From Euprymna scolopes (taxonomy: Eukaryota), in NCBI GenBank assembly GCA_053919585.1, contig CM132785.1: a stretch of DNA of 64,000 bases. The stretch is one strand, 5' to 3'. The notes beneath the pieces are model-generated. The model was given only the letters and a program-made list of their open reading frames with translations. It made no database searches and was not told the origin of the DNA. Below, in pieces: positions 1 through 13,950 of the stretch (positions are counted from its first letter, which is position 1; each line of letters begins with the position of its first letter). The translations under genes were made by a program, and so were the position numbers.

Positions 1-103
1 GCCGGGCAAATACCGTAACCAGGGGCCGGAAAAACATCGTATTCGACATAACCTTTAAAAAAAAAAATACCTATCTTAGGGACACCGTATATTGGGGTAC
101 TAC
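1..103 (-). mobile_element. Truncated copy of the pogo/Tigger-like MITE family found at 53871-54055
   Basis: 1-100 (aaataccgtaaccaggggccggaaaaacatcgtattcgacat...cttagggacaccgtatattggggtactac) aligns by eye to the reverse complement of 53871-53965. Confidence 0.65.
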
Positions 104-280
104 TTTATATTATCAATAGAGAAGAATTCAGTTACATTGAATCTGTATTTAAAGGAAAAGTGGTATATTTAGCTTAATTGTGATAATTTTATTAATTACT
201 ATTTAGCTATTCTCTCGTATTTAGAACTAGTGAAGTAAATACTAAAATTTGCTAAATAAATATTACATCGCCTTTTTGAC

Positions 281-1250
281 TTTTTTTTTTCACTCTCGTT
301 TACCCCTAACAAGGCATATCGCCATTTGGACATAAGGGACTACTTTTTGAAAGCATGGCTAGGAGAGAAAAACAAGATGCTGGTTTACGTTACATTTAAA
401 CGCCTGCATATCAGTATAGCCAGGGAAGCAGGTAGCAGGAAGGGAACTTCAAAGTCGAGCTGTTCGTTGAAGTTTTGGGACCTAATCTAAGAGGGAGGGG
501 CAAGTGGTGGATACACCAGTCCAGATCTCGCAACAATACTCTGTGCACGATCGAATAGTGGTCTTGTAAAGGTAAGGATACTCTCAGGAGTGAGTCGGCT
601 AGCTCGATCGCGGAAACTCGCCTTCTTCGCAGCGAATTTACAATGTCCTCAATGTATTAGTTCCAATTCATATTGTCCGCAAATGTTAGGCCGAGGCGTT
701 TCAAGAATTCTAAGGTAAAGTGTCATTTGTCATAGATATGGGCGGCTGGAGAGGTGTCTTGTAATTGTTAAAGGAGAGCAACGTTGTCTTACTAGCATTA
801 AATGTTAGCATTCATTTGCGGCCCCATTCCTCTACGGTCTTGAAGTCATTTCTTACGATTCTACCATAATCTATTTATGTACATTCGTTCTTCCATCGAC
901 CATGTTATAGAAGGTTGTATCATCAGCAAATATGCCCATCTCGGACACAATATTATCAGGTAGGTCGTTTATGAATATCAGGAATAAGTGGACAAAGAAT
1001 CAACCTCTGACGCACTTCCGCATTAATGTGATGCTGCTTAGAGGTGCATCCATCAATAACATTCTGGATGGTCCTATTGTCTAAGAAAGATCTAATTATA
1101 TTTAGAAAAGTGCAGTTATACTGGAGCATTTAATTTTCATTTGCAGCTTTTCGTGCCAGACTTTGTCAAAGGTCTTGGATATATCAGGGGCTACAGCCTT
1201 GGTTTCGCCCGCCATATACAGTATATGGAATATGCGTTTGGAAGACTCTT
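281..1250 (-). mobile_element. Decayed LINE (CR1/L2/Jockey group) reverse transcriptase C-terminal half, 3' UTR and poly(A)
   Basis: Minus strand around 910-1010 reads FLIFINDLPDNIVSEMGIFADDTTF, matching the RT GVPQGSxLGPxLF/FADD motifs, with frameshifts; T-tract at 281-290 is the A tail. Confidence 0.85.
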
Positions 1251-1269
1251 AAAATATATGCAGTGTTAT

Positions 1270-1296
1270 ATGTATATAGTTATGTATGTATGTATG

Positions 1297-1343
<47 letters not shown>
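1270..1343. repeat. (TATG)n/(TA)n microsatellite
   Basis: Seen directly; explains the YIYIYI ORFs. Confidence 0.95.
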
Positions 1344-1348
<5 letters not shown>

Positions 1349-2865
1349 TATGTATAGGCCGTACTTTAATTTTTCTACGAGAGGGAAGGACCGGTTACCG
1401 GCGTTGCTCGGTCTGAGCATGCTCCCTCCTTTCGTAGAAAAATTAATACGGTTGTTTTTGTTGTCCAACCCATGTTAAGAACGGCTTTCCAAAGACACCC
1501 CATTTTGGCAGTGGGGGTGGTTGTAAAAATATTTGCCACAAATTTAACTTTGATAATCGCCCTAGGGATCCTCACACGCAATCACTATGAACCAACGAAG
1601 AAATTTGAGGGTGGCAGTGTCTGTTGGATATAATTGGATATGTTCTTCGCCCGTGTGTACTACTGCGGTGGCCAGTGAAATTTTTTTATAGTGCTTAATA
1701 CAGAGTATTATATCGGGTATCCACCACATGTAAATGAGATTTTCTCAAGCAGCATAGTGGAAAACCGCAGTCATATTTCAAAGGAAGATGTAGGTGTATG
1801 CAAGGTAAAAAATTTATCTTAAAATAATTGTCTATACTCCAACATGCCCCTCGTAAAAACAAAGTATACTTTATTGCCCAACCCTCCTTACCTCATCGTA
1901 AGAATGGTATCCTGCGAAGTGGTGGTGTTAAAACAGTTGCTCCAAATTAAACCTTCATAATCGTTGTCAGGATTCCTACGCGCAAATACTATAAACCAAA
2001 AGTTAATTCTAAAGACTATTTTATGTTTTAGGGGGTTTTTTTTTGGGGGGGCGTATCTCTGCGCAATATTGATGTGTGCTTAAGTATAGAAAAAAAGTAT
2101 AAATAAAAAGTATTTAAAAAAAAAAAACCGACCGTTTTAAAATAAACTTAAAGAAACAAGATTTTCTCCGTTTCGTTAAGGAGATTTAAAAGCGAAAAAA
2201 CGTTATATAGAATTTTTTTTTTTTTGTAATGCAGAGAGCCGTTGCGTGATGTATAACGTTTACTGAGCGCATATGTATGTAAATATGATTATTAGCGATT
2301 AATACTTTTTTATTTGGGTTAAAATTCATAAAACTATTGCTTCGTGTAGTCACCATATTTATTTGTAAACTCTGACGTTTTCAATTATGTAATAAGGTGT
2401 GTAATCCGTAATATCAAATTTTTAGCTGTCGGCTTATGAGAACTGCCGGGATTTAAGGGTAATATTTTCGAATCGAGAAATAGAAAGGTAGTTGTATGGC
2501 TGAGTGTATGATCCATTTATATTTTTGTCCAGAGAGGAATTTTTGCAATCGAAATATTATATAGGAGATTATGTGATATATAATGGTACGTAATGTTATG
2601 CAATACAGTGTTCGAAAATTAAAATACCGTTAAATAATACCACATAGTTTTGTATAATACTCCATACAATCATGTATGTTATATCCTACACCGTTATATA
2701 GTACATCTTCTATAATTTTTGTTATAAAATGTAGCATGGTGTTGTATAATATAGTGTAATTATATATTCAAATGTTTATATTTGCAGGTAACAATTCATG
2801 TTTTTCTATTCATATAATCGTATTCAATAACAAGTACAGCTGTTCGTAAGAATTTTTTTTATTTA

Positions 2866-3516
2866 CTAGTAGTTCAGCTTAGCTTTGCTCGGGCCCTATG
2901 TACTGTTCATAACTAACATTAAAACGTTTGACTCTTATCAAAGTAGCCTAAATTCAAAATTTCAAGTGTTTAGATCTGAAATTGGCGGAGGAGTTTAGTA
3001 GTCTGCAAAGGTCAACTCTTGAACTTTGACCACTTGACAGCCAAAATTTCGCCTGAAAACTGAGTAAAAAAGCTTGCCACTCTGAATATCATTTTTGTTA
3101 CATTTCAAATGACTAGAGGCAAGATTGGCTGAATTATTTGCAAGAGACTGATAACGCCAAATCTTTTTTTATAAAAATTGGCTGAGGTCAAATTTTTTTA
3201 TAAATTTGACCTCAATTTTGACCCCTTAACATTAGTTTTGGGTTCAAGCGAAGTTAAAGTTCAATTCGTGTCCAAGTAACCAACATGTAAAATTTTAAGT
3301 GTTTAAACCCAAAATTGGCGTAGTTTCAACGAGTTTTAAAAGCCAAATCGTTTAACTTTCACCGTTTGACACAAAATTCCTGGCTGAGAATTTATTAGAA
3401 AGATTTTTTCATCTCAATACCCCTTATTTCAAATCAGGAGTCTGTAGCCTGAGAATTGACCGAGTGATTTGGTAGGGAAATGTGCACACACAATTTCACT
3501 TTTATAGATATACAGA
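2866..3516 (-). mobile_element. Non-autonomous Helitron-like element, family A
   Basis: Minus-strand 3' end is hairpin + CTAG|T (ctagtagttcagcttagctttgctcggg); TC-tataaaagtg 5' end; internal subrepeats aaaatttcaagtgtttaga..aaattggc; homologous to 49822-50729. Confidence 0.7.
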
Positions 3517-6049
3517 CGTGCAGACATGTTTAAAATCTAGCTACAAACAAGCTGGCCGTTCTCTTTTCCTATCTACTGAATATATATGATATAATGAAAT
3601 GTCTCGTTCTGGCCGGTTATAACTAGCAAAACTCATAAAACAAATTATACTCAAGAACAATAATTAAAACGGTGTGTTTCTTATCTTTTTATATGCTTAA
3701 TCTTTAGTTACTATACGGAGACTTCTTATTGATATCCAAAATTGACGGACGGGTTAGAATATCTACCAGTTTTTTTTGTCTTTATTCCATGCAGGTTTAT
3801 AAATCTGTGCATGCGGATTTACTGAGATTTTGTCGATCTCGTCCAACGGAACACGTCTACAGACATGTTTTTGTAATTCTATAAATAGAGTAACAAGCAG
3901 CCTCTAAAATAGTGTCATTAAAGTGGCATCCAATGTTCACATTCTTTGTCTAATGCGCATGCCCGTGAGAGATGTTTTGTTTTTTCACCACGTTGTAAGA
4001 AAACTGATTCATTTAGCCTCATTTCCAAATCTGCCTGTTTATGTGCGCATTTTCCCCCTTTTTGAGACTTTCTTCCCTCTCCAAACTAACTTGTCACGTC
4101 GCTTTAACAACCATATTTTGTGCCTCCTTTTTATTTCAATATTGTTCTTGCTAACTTAAAACTTTTATTTTAAATTCAAAATCTTTTAACCATGTAACTA
4201 AAGAGAGATAATTACTTGAGTTTTAATATTTCTACTTGATACACCACTCGTATTAGATGAGAGCAAATCTACAAGATGTCCAATTTAAGAACATTGCCAG
4301 AAGTTGGAGAATTGCCGTATAGGTAGGATTTTTTTTCTCTATATTAATTTGAATTCTATTTTACGAAAGTTCGATATTCAATTTACTCCACATTTCGCCA
4401 TTATTTTTTTATTGAGACGCATTCTAAATACATTGTTTACTCTGACTCTTTGGACTAGTGATTGGACGATTCTAATATCTTTCTGATTCCAATAGAATTA
4501 TGAATTTCGATTTAAAGTTTACAATCGCCATATCTCGAAGTAGTCTTATTATATATATATATATATATATATATGAGATGGGCAAATTAACGAAGTCTTT
4601 ATCTACTTTTAAATGTAGATATACTTTTTGATTAGACTTCTTACTCGTTTTCTCTTTATGTACTGTAAGATTTTAATGACCCCATTACTACCGGGCTAAT
4701 TTTACTAAACCACCTCATCAAAGTTTGTTATATTTACATATATTTTTACTGCTAGCTTAAACTCGAACCTATAGGCTTTTATCATTATTACTAGCAATAT
4801 AAAATCAAATTTTAAAATTTAAAGAATTCATTTTGGTATCGGGAATTAGATTATATTTTTCGGATTACTATACCGATTCCTGTACACGCTGAGGAGTTCC
4901 ATTTTCCCCCGTTTTTTCAGTCCTTATTCAGATATTAATGGATGTCAAAACTAACTTACAGGAGTAAGGCTTCATGTGAATATCAAATTCACAAGTCGTT
5001 CCTAATCTTATATACCCCAGTCAGAGCAGATAACTACATTAGATTTTATATTATCTACAATAAAAAATAAATAAATTAAAGGTGGTTGTAATAAATGTTA
5101 ATAGTGATACTTCTGGCGGTAAAAATCTTTTAGTCTGGTCTCGCTACTTTTTCCAGGAGCATATTTATCTTACAACCGCATCATCCAGACTAGACACAAA
5201 ATGAAGGAATTGTGGCGCAACCATTTAGAAAAGTAAACATCAAGCAGATGTAGATATTCATTCCTGTATTTTGATTATCGATTTTGGTCATCTTATATTA
5301 AAATCGAATAAGACGTTTACTAATGCTACATCGTTATTCGCATGTACTTCAACGTATCAACCTTTATTCATAAAATAGGTGCGTACTTGACTTCATACAC
5401 TCAAGTCATAGGAAGTATATGAGGAATATTTTCCAGGGAATTGCCATGCTCCTGCGCGGCAAAAATATGCGCGCCCATGCGTACAATGATGGCTACCAAT
5501 TATAACACTGCTTAATACCTGGAAAACACCTTATTTGTGGAAAATGTTAATGCGATATTCGTTTCCAGCACACCTGAAACCTTATCAGAAACTTTAAGGT
5601 AGGTTTTGCGTTGGTCTACCAGGACACTATTACGAAATTAACATTCCCCCTAAAACACGACCACTCTTCCCAAAAAGATTGATAAGCGGCGACTCTATAG
5701 TAAAAAAAGGGGTTTTAGTAGCTGTTTTTCTTCATTTTCTGAACGAAGTAAGGTGACTTCATCTAGAAAATAAAGTTTTATAGACAGTTCATTTACAAAT
5801 TGCACACTAGCGGCTCTAGCAAGCTTTCTCCAAGATAGAAATGTATCCCCTGTCAAAGGAGATAGCAACATTCGGGTTTAAGTCACCTATGGCGCACCGT
5901 TCATAAATGTATTGTGCCATATAAATAGGAACTAATAGTGGAACGATAAAATTGTCGCACATGAAAAGATTAAATTGCCGTTTGATAAAAATCTTATTGG
6001 CCAGTTATGTACAAATCGCAAGAGAAAAAGGAGCTTCTATCATGAAAGT

Positions 6050-6708
6050 AACAATGTTCAAGGAGCGAGATCAGAGATGCGCCGCTGTACAAGTCACGCT
6101 CTCTACCGATTAAAGTTATGAAAACAGAACCATTGTCAGCACCTTCAAAATGCATCACTGGATTTCTACTAATAACAGGGGCATTCCCAGGGTGATTAAC
6201 AGTTTCTGGCCACTGTTATGGGATTTGGCATGGTTTCAAGTGAGGTTCACCTCCTGATACCTCACATCTTCCAAGTTGGCTTGAAAATCAACACCGAAGT
6301 GTACCTAGATATGCTGAAAAGTGATCTTTGTGCAATCATTTGGTTGCTGGTTTGGCTTTAGGATTGCTACGACTTTGGATCCTTTCTCTCACTGCCCCCC
6401 CGCCTCCTCCGACCTGAACGCACTGGACTAATTCATTTGGTCATACGTCGAGAATGTCAACATGGCTTCCAACAGCACCAAAGCCAGCCTGATCGCTGCC
6501 ATCCATCAAGTATTGGCCGAGCTCCCGCCAGCACTTGTGGGAAAAGCATGCTTTCAGTTCTGGATCGGTATCGAGGTGGTGATTGAGGCTGAAGGCAGCT
6601 ACATTTGAATGTCAGCTCTACTACATATTTAAGTTATCGGATTTTTTTTTCAAGAGTTTAAAATAAAGCTGTATTATTAGGGGGGGACAAATTTATCGTT
6701 CCATCCTG
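6050..6708 (+). mobile_element. Tc1/mariner-superfamily (DD37D/maT-like) transposase relic
   Basis: Degenerate C-terminal motifs SSDLNALD*FIWSYVEN and KACFQFWIGIEVVIEAEGSYI; ends in a TIR-like ...gttccatcctg|TA. Confidence 0.65.
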
Positions 6709-9466
6709 TATATGCCGTAGTACCAAACTATGAAGAGATTGAAAGTTAACACATTCAAATAAGTTTAGTTTATCCCCGATATCTCCAATATTATATAAAA
6801 ATAAAATGTTCGTTCTGTATGAACTTAGACACAGCTGGGCCGTCTTTCCTGCAATTCCACACAAATGTACTTCATGTATCTGTCAGTGATCTTAGATTGG
6901 TTTTGTATCTGAATACCTTTGATAAATATTATCCAATGAAACAAAAAGTCGATTTTGACCAAAGTTTACACCTTATGCAACCTAAAAACAAGTCAATTTG
7001 AGTTTTATTACCACACAAGAGGAAAGACCTGACATAAAATCACCAGTATGTTTTTTTATGACAGGGGGTGCGTTCGGAATCAAAGTTTGTTTTAAAGAAT
7101 AATTAAGCCATGATGCTTGACTATCGCGTTTTTATTATTCAAGCCATTGTATAATTTAAATTTTATAAAACCAACAGTCTGTTCTCTAGTGTAATGTAGA
7201 TAACAATGTATTGTGGACCAATTCATTGCGGTGAGGCAACCGCAATAGGTCCCCAACTAGATCTGGCAATTAATCGATTGATTGAAAAAATTGGCGAGTT
7301 CACCGATGTCGACGAGAATAAAAAATATGGGAGCGTTCAACATTCACTAATCATTCAATCGTGGACAACATCGGATCTCCCTGCTAGTTAATGTATAAAG
7401 TATATGTACATAAAATGAAAGTAACTTAATGTTCGTAGGAAGAAACAAATGCTTTAGAACTAGAATATATATTTGTTCTCGTGTTTCCATTTATCTGTCT
7501 TTATTACAATAAGAAAAATCTTCATTTGGATAATTCCGTCTAATATTCTTTAGGTTAATTTTTATTTTTTAACTCTAGAATCTGTACCAAATTTCGAACA
7601 GAACCATTCATTTAATCCACGAGGTTAGTATGCTTTCGTTTCGTCAATTCTGGGCAGGCAGAACTATTACTTCTGTTGTATCCATAGTATGGCTTGCACT
7701 GAGAACTAAAACTCCAAACTCCAAAAACGTCTAATAGAAATGAATTTTACTCAGTAATTTGTTTCTTAAGCTACGTGTCCGAAACGATAGTCTGAATAAT
7801 CCAAATAATCAATCCTCATTTCAGAAACCAAGAAATAGTAATTAAGGGAAGGGCGATTGTAAAAACATCCCCCATAGAACAACAAATCTCTTCTCGTATG
7901 CGAAATATAGTTTATATTGTGTTTATTTTTATGGAAGATTGACGACTATAACAGACGTCCAAATATGCTTAAGGGTTTTAGATTGAGCACAGAGCAATAC
8001 AAGAGAGCAGACAGTCCTATTATAAATAATGCGAAGTAGATTGTTTATTTGATCTGCAAAGAAATGGAAAATGCGTAAAAATGTTAGCAAAATAAGACTT
8101 GTATTTTGCCAACGTGGAACTACGTGTCAATTTCTTTCGTTTTCTTCTCTCTCCCCCCCTCTCTCTCTCTCTTCCTTTCTCCCGTTACATAGGAAGAATA
8201 AACAATGCGACTTTTTTCTCTTCTATTTCAGCCATATATAAAAATAAAATAATCGCATTTTTTTTCATTCATCGCACGAAAAAAACTTGCTACTATCAAA
8301 TTCATTGATAATACTGTTATATCCTCACTAAATCATCGTATGCTATATTATTGGATTTGTGTGTATATATACACTGAAATGACATGCTGCATATGAAGAA
8401 TGTGTATACGTGTCACTAAATGGCGATGGTGGTTCTTCACTAAATGAACCCTATGTTGTGTAGCAGTCAAGGTGTTAACATTTTCTCAGTGTATAAATTA
8501 ACTCTTTTCTGTAACCCTTTTAAACCTGCCATGATCGTTAGTGTCTACTTTTAGTGTGTTAACATAACACAAATACATAAACGTAGCATACCTGGTTCTG
8601 CTGCTACCTTTTGAAAGGGTTCTTCGATCATATCTTTATTCTCGTGAGAAAGACGCATGCAAGATACTCAAGACGATAGGTTTTTATTCGCTTCCAGGTT
8701 TTCTGTCTAGTAGAGGAGCGATCAGCGATATTTACTTGGGTGGTTAGTTTTTACACATCCCACGCTTGAGACCACCCCCTTTCAGATGATCTCCTGTTGA
8801 CATCCTCAATACAACTCCTCTTTTTTTTTTTTTCAACTAACCTGATTACGTGACAACCACGTCCTTCCGGGTCGTCTATTAGACGCTCTTCCAGTGCAAC
8901 GTGTCTAATTTGCAATTTTGACATATTTACCAAATATCTCTAAACAATAACTTCCAATATAGACTATTGTAACAATATCACTGCATATCGATTTAGATAG
9001 ATCAATAATACGCACAAATACATATATGAGAGACTAATAGATTACACATTTCTTGCGTTCCAAACTACATAACAATACTATATACATAGAAGTGAAAAAT
9101 TTGAAATTTTATTCCATAATTATTTTCAAATCATAATGTTCGCTATTCATTTGTAACTGTTATTTTTCTACATATGCAATACTTTTTTCGATAGTAACAA
9201 TTAAAATTAATGACGCAGGAATAAATCATCTCTTGGAAGATATTTGAATAAATTTGTAACGAGTAATTAATAAGCTAATATAACTAGCAGAAACAAATAG
9301 GCATTAGAATATATAAAAAAATTAGATGATTGACCCTCACTCTTCTGATAGTAAAATTTTCTTTGTTTCTGAATCCAATGCCATTTTTGCCCCCGCTAAA
9401 GTTTTTGATTAATACATCTGAAAGCGATTTCATGTTTCAATTGCTTAAATCCTAGTTATCGCCACA

Positions 9467-10235
9467 CTGGCAGGCATCCTGGCATTGCCCGGTCGTAAAA
9501 CACTCTTAAGTATGGTATTTTGATTAATGCAGATTTCTAATTTATTATATTAGACCAATATATAGTTAGTCTGTAAAGTTTTAAAGACTCGAGCGCTACC
9601 CCTTGGAATCAAACCCAAAGCGTTTAGCTTATGATTACATTTTTCCTTTGACGTAAATGCCCGAGCTACGAAGACATATTGGTAAACTAAAACTGAAACA
9701 TGAACCAATACCTACGTTACGCATTCATGTTCGTAATGCCGCCGGTCGACAAGGCAAATTCAATTTCTTTAATTTTCACACATTTACACTGATTTTTCCC
9801 CCCTGGCTAAACCCCAGTTTCGCATAGGTTCGAATACCCTATATATTAAGTTTCATAACGGAAGACCAAAAACTGACAAGAGGTTGGCAGGCAATTTTTT
9901 AAAACAATATATACGCATACATATATGTATATGGGAAGAGGTTTGTGACGTTTCTGATATTGTTTTTGTTTGTGTTTGCTATAATCTTTTTGTGCAAATA
10001 CCACGCAAGTATAAACCATATCTGCATGAATATAATTACACGTAATAGTGCACTAAAGATTATCATTCCATAAGACAACCCAAAAGATCTAATTGGAAAT
10101 TCATCAAAATGACTTTAAAAGAACTTGAAAATTACCCGGGTCTTCTGCAGATCAATGCAATTCCATGACCTATACGAGTTGTATTTTCATTTTAAATAAA
10201 CAGAAAAGGGTTTAATATGAATATAAATACACCAA
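9467..10235 (-). mobile_element. Non-autonomous Helitron-like element, family B
   Basis: Terminal ctggcaggcatcctggcattgcccgg hairpin end; colinear similarity over about 750 bp with 59518-60345. Confidence 0.65.
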
Positions 10236-11894
10236 AACCCTAAATTTATGGGAGTATAGGTAAATGTGTATGAAAATTACATATTAAATGACAGTGTTAA
10301 TTCTATAAAGAATACTCGTGTTTACAGGAAACATGAAACGTTTATTACTGAATTCTTCTCGGGTAAAACAATTCTGCGCGCTAACAAATCATAATTCTAA
10401 CAAAAAGTAATATGGTTAAGAGTAAACTTAGAAATGTAAAAGCAGTGATTAAAACAGGAAAATACATTCTAGTAAAAAAAACATGCATAAACTATGAAAA
10501 AATTCATGACTTAAAATATTGCAGAGCTAAGAATTATATAATGTTAAATTGAATTTTATAAAAAAAACATCTTAATACTGCAATACTTGAAGTTATAAAT
10601 TTAATGTATTTCTTACTAGAATACCTTGTCTTTTTCTTCTCCAATTTTAACTAGTTTTATTTTAAGTTTAATCTTCATCATATTATTTTTCATGCATTTT
10701 TCTATGCAATCCATGATTTTCCAGGCTTTGGTCTGTAATATTTTTTGTTCAATCGTTCTATATTTCCGGCAGGAATTGTTACCCTACACTGCTTGCGTAA
10801 GCATAAAACACTAGTTCATATGTTCATCAGAACAGTCGGGACTTGAAACACGCTCTTCTGACTGAATGTTGAAGTTGCTATGGTAACCAACATATATTCA
10901 CAAGAAACCGTATCTATAAAGTGTGAAAGTGGAAATTTGTTTTGGTAACGAACAACTAATAAGAATAAACGTAGCTCCGTTCCTCCATTTCCTGAGAACT
11001 TTTAAATAGTAATTTCATGTTTGTTTTATTGAAGGAAAATTGGATTTTTGTTCTTCAAATATAGCTGAAAATGTGACCTATAAACTGGTAAAAAAATACT
11101 ATTGTACCCAGACTGATGTTGGTAATTTTCCCTATTGAAACTCTGGTCTGATGTAAGACCTCAGGGTGAAACAGCCAAATGACAACGTTTTATGACGAAG
11201 CATTTATTTGAATCCCCTATTTAGACATGTATGAATTTTGAGAAAAATAAAAATTAGCCAAACGTTTTTTAACCCACAATTTTTCCAGGTAAAAATATTA
11301 CGTTTCTAGATTATATTCATATGGTCTTGCTTTGTGGTGATTGTCAACAAAATCTAAGGATTGGAAAAGATGAGACTGATAGTCCAATCAAAATTAATTA
11401 CAATCCACATCTCCAAATTGAAAACTTTATCTAACCGAAAAGTGATTCCCCCCCCACCCGTTTGACGCTTTCGTTCCTCTGGGAACGCAACCAAAATGTT
11501 ATCCCAACCCCAATAAGGTTACATTTCTTCCCTTGCCTAGTGTAACTTCGTGCAAAATGTTAGAAAAAAAATTAGTCGAAAATGTTTGTAACAAACGGGT
11601 GAACAGACAACGGCGAATTCTAAAGTTCCAATTTGATTAAGTCGATGGACCAATAAAAATTACTTGAAATTTGGTCGCCAATTGAGCGAGCTGTGAAGCA
11701 GTTCTGAGTAAACTAACTCTCGACCATAAATATAACATTCAAACACTACCGTGTTTGAATGTTATATTTACTCCACCTCGAACATAGACCAAATCCACTG
11801 AAGCGTAAAGCGACTAATTTTTATTAGACGCCAGGTTTAAAGAGACGTTCAAAGTAGGGGGTTTTACATCGAGATGCCTGTTAGCATTTAAGTT

Positions 11895-11897
<3 letters not shown>

Positions 11898-11932
<35 letters not shown>
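11898..11932. repeat. (TA)n microsatellite at a LINE 3' end
   Basis: Seen directly. Confidence 0.95.
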
Positions 11933-11934
<2 letters not shown>

Positions 11935-11936
<2 letters not shown>

Positions 11937-12563
11937 CAATGGTCACGACTTATCAAAGCCACTCAGGGATAAGGGTTATTGCAAGTACGTACATTATGTT
12001 AGTGTGGAGATTTGATGAAGTGTTTACTTAATGGGGCCGTTCATTAGGAATTTGTTAACGTTGGACTTGAACACATCCAAGTTGTAGTCAGGTGGGAAGC
12101 AGGCAGACGGAACAGTTCCACAGGCGTGCAGTTCTAAGAAGCTTTGTTCATGGAATCCACGTTTTGATTTAGACACAGATAAAGTGGGGGAAAGTTTTCA
12201 GTGGATTCGATTAGACGGGTGTTTTTCGTGAAATATTGGCGAGGGGGACCAGAGATTAGTTTAGACGAGCACCTGCCATGGAAATAACGATAAAACAAGG
12301 ATAGGCTTGCATCGTCTCTTCTGTGGGAGAGAGGTTGCAGGATAGAGAAAAGGGCATCCCCGCACTAAGCCACGAAGTCTATTTTGTACTGTCAAGGCAG
12401 GATAGGCTGTTTTTAGCAGCTCCTGCCCAGATATGGCAGCAGTATTCCATCCTTGGACGTACTTGGCTTTTACACAGAGAAATAGCTTTATTGGCTGCTC
12501 TAGTTGGGACTCGTCGTGGTGCACAGAGGAAGCTTTATATTCCTTCGAAGTGACTTCGTCCAA
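11935..12563 (-). mobile_element. 5'-truncated LINE (CR1/Jockey group) 3' end
   Basis: Minus strand encodes KSQVRPRMEYCCHIWAGAAKNSLSCLD; 3' UTR taacccttatccctgagtggctttgataag matches the copy at 21060-21825. Confidence 0.85.
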
Positions 12564-13903
12564 AATAGTGTAACTTACGTTGCACTCTGGAGAACCTTTT
12601 GATTTTAGAAACTTGTTTTTTTATATTTAATAATTTGAATTAAATTTTAAAGCGAAAATGTCAAGTAACTGACACGTTTGTGCTTTAAACGGAAACGTAC
12701 ATTTGGAATGAGTCACTGTTATATCCAAAAAATCTTATGCCTGGCCTTGATTCTTGTGTGATAATAAAACTTGTTATTGCTTGACTTTGATCAAAATGGA
12801 CTGTTCTCTTGTGATTATTTCAGTTATCCATACTTATCGAAAATATTTCAATACAAAACATATCTAAAAACACTGCCAGACACGATCTTGTAAAATTTAA
12901 AAAATCGGCTCGGTCGTTTTCGAGTCCCTAGGGAACAAACTCACGCATCCCCACAAAAGTAGACGTGTGTGTGTGCATGTATATTACCCAACGTGTTTGT
13001 TTTTTGTTTTTGTTTTGTAGTGTACTGATCGCAGCAGTCGATATAAAATTTAAAAGCCTTATTTTCTATGCAGTTTATAAAACTTTACTGAAGCTTCGTG
13101 TTGATATATGTCCCAAGAGCAATTATCTGCTGTAGATCTGTCATAACGTGTTAAATTTGATTGGATGGTGAAATTAACCAATGAGTTTACATTTGACATA
13201 TGTAAAACTTAGAAATGCCGGAGGGGATTGTTTAAATTGCAGGATTGTGTACAGAGAAACGTGGAACTTGTGTGTGTACACGTACGTTTTTAACTCGGCA
13301 TTTCGCCTTTCTCTTGCGGTCCATACTTATTGATGATTTCTCTTGTACAAACGTCTAAGATTTTATAAATCAATTGAAATATAATTTCCAATCCGAATTC
13401 CCTTGAACAATTATTTTCAAATGTGTCCGAATACCAGGTTTGTACATTATATTTTTTAGAAATTATATTTACTGCAACAAATGGGTCCATTTTATTACAA
13501 CGCCCTCTGCGATCTGCCTTTATATAGACAATATTTTCACCCGGCAGTACATATTTTAAATGATATGCTATTACAACCATCTGCCCTTTTCTTCTCACTT
13601 TTCGGAAACTGTGTCAATCTAACATTTTGTATGGACTTTTAATATGAAGATTCGGCGAATGAATATTATGGTATGTTTGATTCTCAACTCTTAGGTATTA
13701 GTTAATACAAGAATGAACACAAATTAAAGTTTTGCGTAAAGCACTCCTAAATCAACATAATTTAAACTATTGCACATTTGAGCTGGTTATTTATTTTAGA
13801 TGAACTAAAAATTCAGACGTAGCATTATATTTTACTATCTATAAGTAAGTTATAAATAACTTGCTTCAGTGACACACGTCGTAGATAGACCTACGATGAT
13901 GAC

Positions 13904-13950
<47 letters not shown>

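Noticed and set aside
1141-1478. ORFs with YIYIYI runs (also 59938, 62408, 62445 and the LYLSLS ORF at 42415)
   Set aside because: Translations of microsatellites
2775-2793. Recursive splice site-like YAG|GTA (also at 11281-11294)
   Set aside because: Short motif expected by chance in AT-rich DNA, and no host gene is defined
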